Under the pieces are notes generated by a model. It saw only the letters and a program-made list of their open reading frames with translations. It searched no databases and had not been told where the DNA came from. Positions 61,197 through 64,000 of a DNA stretch of 64,000 bases are shown one piece after another; within the stretch, counting starts at the first letter, position 1; each line of letters starts with the position of its first letter. The position numbers and the translations under genes were made by a program. The stretch is from Bacillota bacterium. Lineage in GTDB: Bacteria > Bacillota > DTU025. The stretch is taken from the NCBI GenBank assembly GCA_050951805.1, contig JBMNJT010000002.1:480001-544000 (forward strand), read 5' to 3'.

Positions 61197-62889
61197 GAGC
61201 CATTTTTGATGTAACGGAAGCCCACGATAACGCGGGTTTGAAAGGCGGCTAAAAAATCGTTTCCCCCATGGGAAAAGCCCGTTTTGCGGCGAGAAAAATG
61301 AAGGCAACCAGCCCAAAGTGTCGAATGTTGTAAGTAGAGCTAACAACGGAGACACAGGGGGTTACCTTCATGGCAATTATACCACAGAAGCAGCTGTTCA
61401 AGTGGGACGAGGTCGAGGAATTGGGCGATTTGGAGCGGTTGAAGCTTGTTATAGATTACCTGCCTGATGAAGAGTTGATGCAGGCGCTAGAGAACGAACG
61501 GGCCAATGGCAGGAATGACTATCCGGTCAGAGCAGTATGGAATTCAGTATTGGCAGGCATTGTGTTCCAGCATCCAACTATCGAGAGCCTTCGCAGGGAA
61601 TTATCGAGAAACGCACAGCTCCGCCAGGTTTGTGGCTTTGACATCACCCTGGGCGTAGAAGGAGTCCCTTCATCATCGGCGTACACGCGGTTTTTGAGGA
61701 GACTGATGACGCACCAAAAAGAACTCGATGAGATGTTCGATAACCTGGTAAGGATGTTATGCGACGAACTCCCGGACTTTGGGGAGACGCTTGCTATAGA
61801 CGGGAAAGCGCTGGAGAGTTACGCAAAGCCAAGACGTGCCGAGAGCGAAAAACCTTATGATGGCCGCCGGGACATAGATGCGAATTTCGGAGTGAAAACA
61901 TATAAAGGCAAGAACAAGGATGGCAGCGTATGGGAGAAGACCATGAGCTGGTTCGGATATAAACTGCATCTTATTGTGGACGCCAACTACGAGCTGCCTG
62001 TAGCTTTTCGGGTTACGCAGGCGTCGAGGAGCGAGATAAAGGAGGCGCGCACTCTTATAGATGAAATGGCGCTTAGGACGCCGGAAATCGTTGACAGGTG
62101 CACTTATCTTACGGGCGACAAAGGCTATGACGACACCAAGATGACGACTAAACTGTGGGACGAATACAAAATCAAGCCTGTAATCGATATCCGAAACGCT
62201 TGGAGGGACGGGGAGGAAACAAAGCTGGTTACCGGCAGAGAAAACGTGGTCTACGATTACAAAGGGACCGTCTACTGCTACTCACCCGAAGACAATAGAA
62301 GGCGCGAGATGGTTCCGGGGGGCTTTGAGAAGGATCGTGACGCCTTGAAGTGCCTCTGCCCTGCCAAATACTATGGTGTGGAATGCCGGGGCAAAGACGC
62401 CTGCCCAGTCAAAAGTGGAGTACGGATCCCATTATGTGAAGATAGAAGGGTATTCACTCCGGTTGCGAGGCCAAGCGCCAAGTGGAAAAAGATTTATAAC
62501 AAGCGCACCGCAGTGGAACGGGTAAACAGCAGGATAGACCGGGTCTTCGGTTTTGAAGACCATTGTGTCCGCGGGCTCCGAAAAATGAACCTCAGATGCT
62601 CACTAGCCCTTATAACAATGCTTGCAATGGCTTTGGGCAGGATAAAAACGAAACAAGGGGACAAACTCCGTAGCCTTGTCCAGGCTGCATAAAAGCAGCC
62701 TTTGATGAACTGAACAATGAGATGCCAGTGCGGTTAGTTTAAGGTGCCCATTTTTCCCATAGCGAGCTGAAAACAGCCTGTTGACGCCTACCTCGGCAAA
62801 TGAGACTGCTTCATTGCCAGGGAGGAAGCTGCTTTTGACAAATTATGCAACTGGCATGCGCGAGAAATCGGCTACAACGCAAATGCCTC
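61197..62889 (+). mobile_element. Insertion sequence (IS5/IS1182-like DDE), 1693 bp, with 5-bp target duplication GGCGC
   Basis: Imperfect terminal IRs GAGCCATTTTTGATGTAAC and, reverse-complemented, GAGGCATTTGCGTTGTAGC; GGCGC at 61192-61196 and 62890-62894. Confidence 0.85.
61370..62692 (+). CDS. DDE transposase
   Basis: GRNDYP, AIDG, WFGYKLH, DKGYD and Y.KRTAVER.N motifs. Confidence 0.93.
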   Translation: MAIIPQKQLFKWDEVEELGDLERLKLVIDYLPDEELMQALENERANGRNDYPVRAVWNSVLAGIVFQHPTIESLRRELSRNAQLRQVCGFDITLGVEGVPSSSAYTRFLRRLMTHQKELDEMFDNLVRMLCDELPDFGETLAIDGKALESYAKPRRAESEKPYDGRRDIDANFGVKTYKGKNKDGSVWEKTMSWFGYKLHLIVDANYELPVAFRVTQASRSEIKEARTLIDEMALRTPEIVDRCTYLTGDKGYDDTKMTTKLWDEYKIKPVIDIRNAWRDGEETKLVTGRENVVYDYKGTVYCYSPEDNRRREMVPGGFEKDRDALKCLCPAKYYGVECRGKDACPVKSGVRIPLCEDRRVFTPVARPSAKWKKIYNKRTAVERVNSRIDRVFGFEDHCVRGLRKMNLRCSLALITMLAMALGRIKTKQGDKLRSLVQAA

Positions 62890-62903
62890 GGCGCGGGTAA
62901 CTA

Positions 62904-62932
62904 TTGCATACTGGCGCGTGGCGTGATATACT
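62904..62932 (+). promoter_or_regulatory. sigmaA promoter of tRNA-Leu
   Basis: TTGCAT-17 bp-TATACT with extended TG. Confidence 0.65.
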
Positions 62933-63002
62933 AGCTGAGCAGGCTGGGATGTGCCTTTTTCACAGGGCGCATCCAAAGCGACAAGTGAACATGTTTGATC
63001 GT

Positions 63003-63090
63003 GCCGAAGTGGTGGAATTGGCAGACGCGCTAGATTCAGGGTCTAGTGGGGGTTAACCCCGTGCGGGTTCAAGTCCCGCCTTCGGCACCA
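63003..63090 (+). tRNA. tRNA-Leu(CAG)
   Basis: GCCGAAG/CTTCGGC acceptor stem, anticodon arm CTAGA-TTCAGGG-TCTAG, long variable arm, GGTTCAAGTCC T-arm, encoded CCA. Confidence 0.97.
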
Positions 63091-63097
63091 TTATTTT

Positions 63098-63130
63098 GGG
63101 CAGGATTGTTTCCTGCCCATTCATTTTGTT
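63098..63130 (+). terminator. Terminator after the tRNA
   Basis: GGGCAGGA-TTGTT-TCCTGCCC followed by a T-rich tract. Confidence 0.7.
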
Positions 63131-63339
63131 TCACATCTGAGGGCCCATGCTCTGAGCCTGGCGCAAGAAATCGGTTCCGATCGCTGGCGCCAGGCATCGT
63201 AATTTCTGCTTTCGCAGCACTGAAGTGCTGAGACAGCTTCAGATGGCCTGCGGTATCTGGCAGGCCAAATTGGCAAGCTTCGGCAGCGAGACCACGCGAA
63301 ATCGGCCGCTACCCGCTGACAAGCTGGCCACGCCACCGT

Positions 63340-63933
63340 CTACGGGAAGATGAGCATGACTACGGCAGTTGCCCCAATCCCCACTAATGCGCCTGACCAA
63401 AGCTCGCCTTTGGAATGCCGCTTCATACAAAGCCTGGCCCAGAATACGAGCGGCAGAAGGGCAAAGGCCCAAAGGGCAACAGGGCCTATGACCATTGACA
63501 CGAGAGTCACAGGGCCGGCGAAGCCACATGCATGGCCGCTTGCTTTGAACTTGAAGGCGGCGTTTATAAGGCTTAATAAGCCTCCTGATGCAAGATATGA
63601 TAGAAAGAATGCAGACACAATCCGCGGAGCCTTGGCTATCAGGCAAACTGCGGCGCCGACTACGTAGCATATGACGGAAACTATAAATGCCAATTTTCTC
63701 TGACCTTTTCTGCCTGTCGCTCTGATGCTCGGCACCATGTACGCTACTACATATGAAAACAAGGGAATCGCGGTGAGGAGCATCAGTGTCACCAGATACC
63801 AAGTCGTGCCATCCCCAAACAGCGTAGGATCGTAGTGACGAACCGTTGCTGCAGCGGCGCCCGCCATTACGGGGGGAGCGGTAATGATGCCTATCAATCG
63901 GGCAAACCAGTTCACTGTCTTTTCTTCTTCCAT
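63340..63933 (-). CDS. Membrane protein of the PAP2-like superfamily
   Basis: About 6 TM segments; KASGH and W.R...RH...L.G motifs; GGAGG RBS. Confidence 0.75.
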   Translation of the reverse strand: MEEEKTVNWFARLIGIITAPPVMAGAAAATVRHYDPTLFGDGTTWYLVTLMLLTAIPLFSYVVAYMVPSIRATGRKGQRKLAFIVSVICYVVGAAVCLIAKAPRIVSAFFLSYLASGGLLSLINAAFKFKASGHACGFAGPVTLVSMVIGPVALWAFALLPLVFWARLCMKRHSKGELWSGALVGIGATAVVMLIFP

Positions 63934-64000
63934 AAGTTGTCCTCCGTTCTTCAGCGCTTACCGAGTAAGCCTCTATTGGATAGTGCGCGGCTAGGGAGTT

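Noticed and set aside
60942-61355. 138-aa N-terminal extension of the TPR ORF
   Set aside because: It runs through the IS left end and intergenic DNA and is not TPR-like.
63003-63090. tRNA-Leu as an integration site for a genomic island
   Set aside because: No integrase and no duplicated tRNA 3' end were seen in the window.

Overview
A 64-kb chromosomal window from a bacterium that looks like an anaerobic, probably spore-forming and possibly diderm Bacillota member. That placement is an inference from Firmicutes-type ABC and glp genes, a sigmaH-like promoter, a PRC-barrel gene, and an MMPL/LolA-like/beta-barrel cassette. The window is mostly metabolic. It holds thiL, an MFS and a HAD gene, a NatAB-type exporter, and three ATPase-less CUT1 sugar ABC clusters (maltodextrin-like, ugp-like, and a GH94+GH144 beta-1,2-glucan locus with an unusual multidomain secreted GH144). 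It also holds an MMPL/LolA-like/decayed porin/TetR lipid cassette with a perfect 40-bp operator palindrome, and two divergent glycerol-phosphate dehydrogenase cassettes. One is the ordinary glpK operon. The other pairs a BON-fused dehydrogenase with an FGGY kinase and an alkyl-DHAP-synthase-like flavoprotein, and is my best candidate for an undescribed anaerobic glycerol-ether pathway. The right part has ArsR-cadA, a deacetylase/PRC-barrel cluster, pseudogenes, an intact IS with a 5-bp target duplication and tRNA-Leu(CAG). An unexplained inverted array of four CTACGA-N5-TCGTAG boxes lies at 35.6-35.9 kb. No CRISPR array, prophage or rRNA was seen. All family calls come from motif recognition by eye, not database searches.
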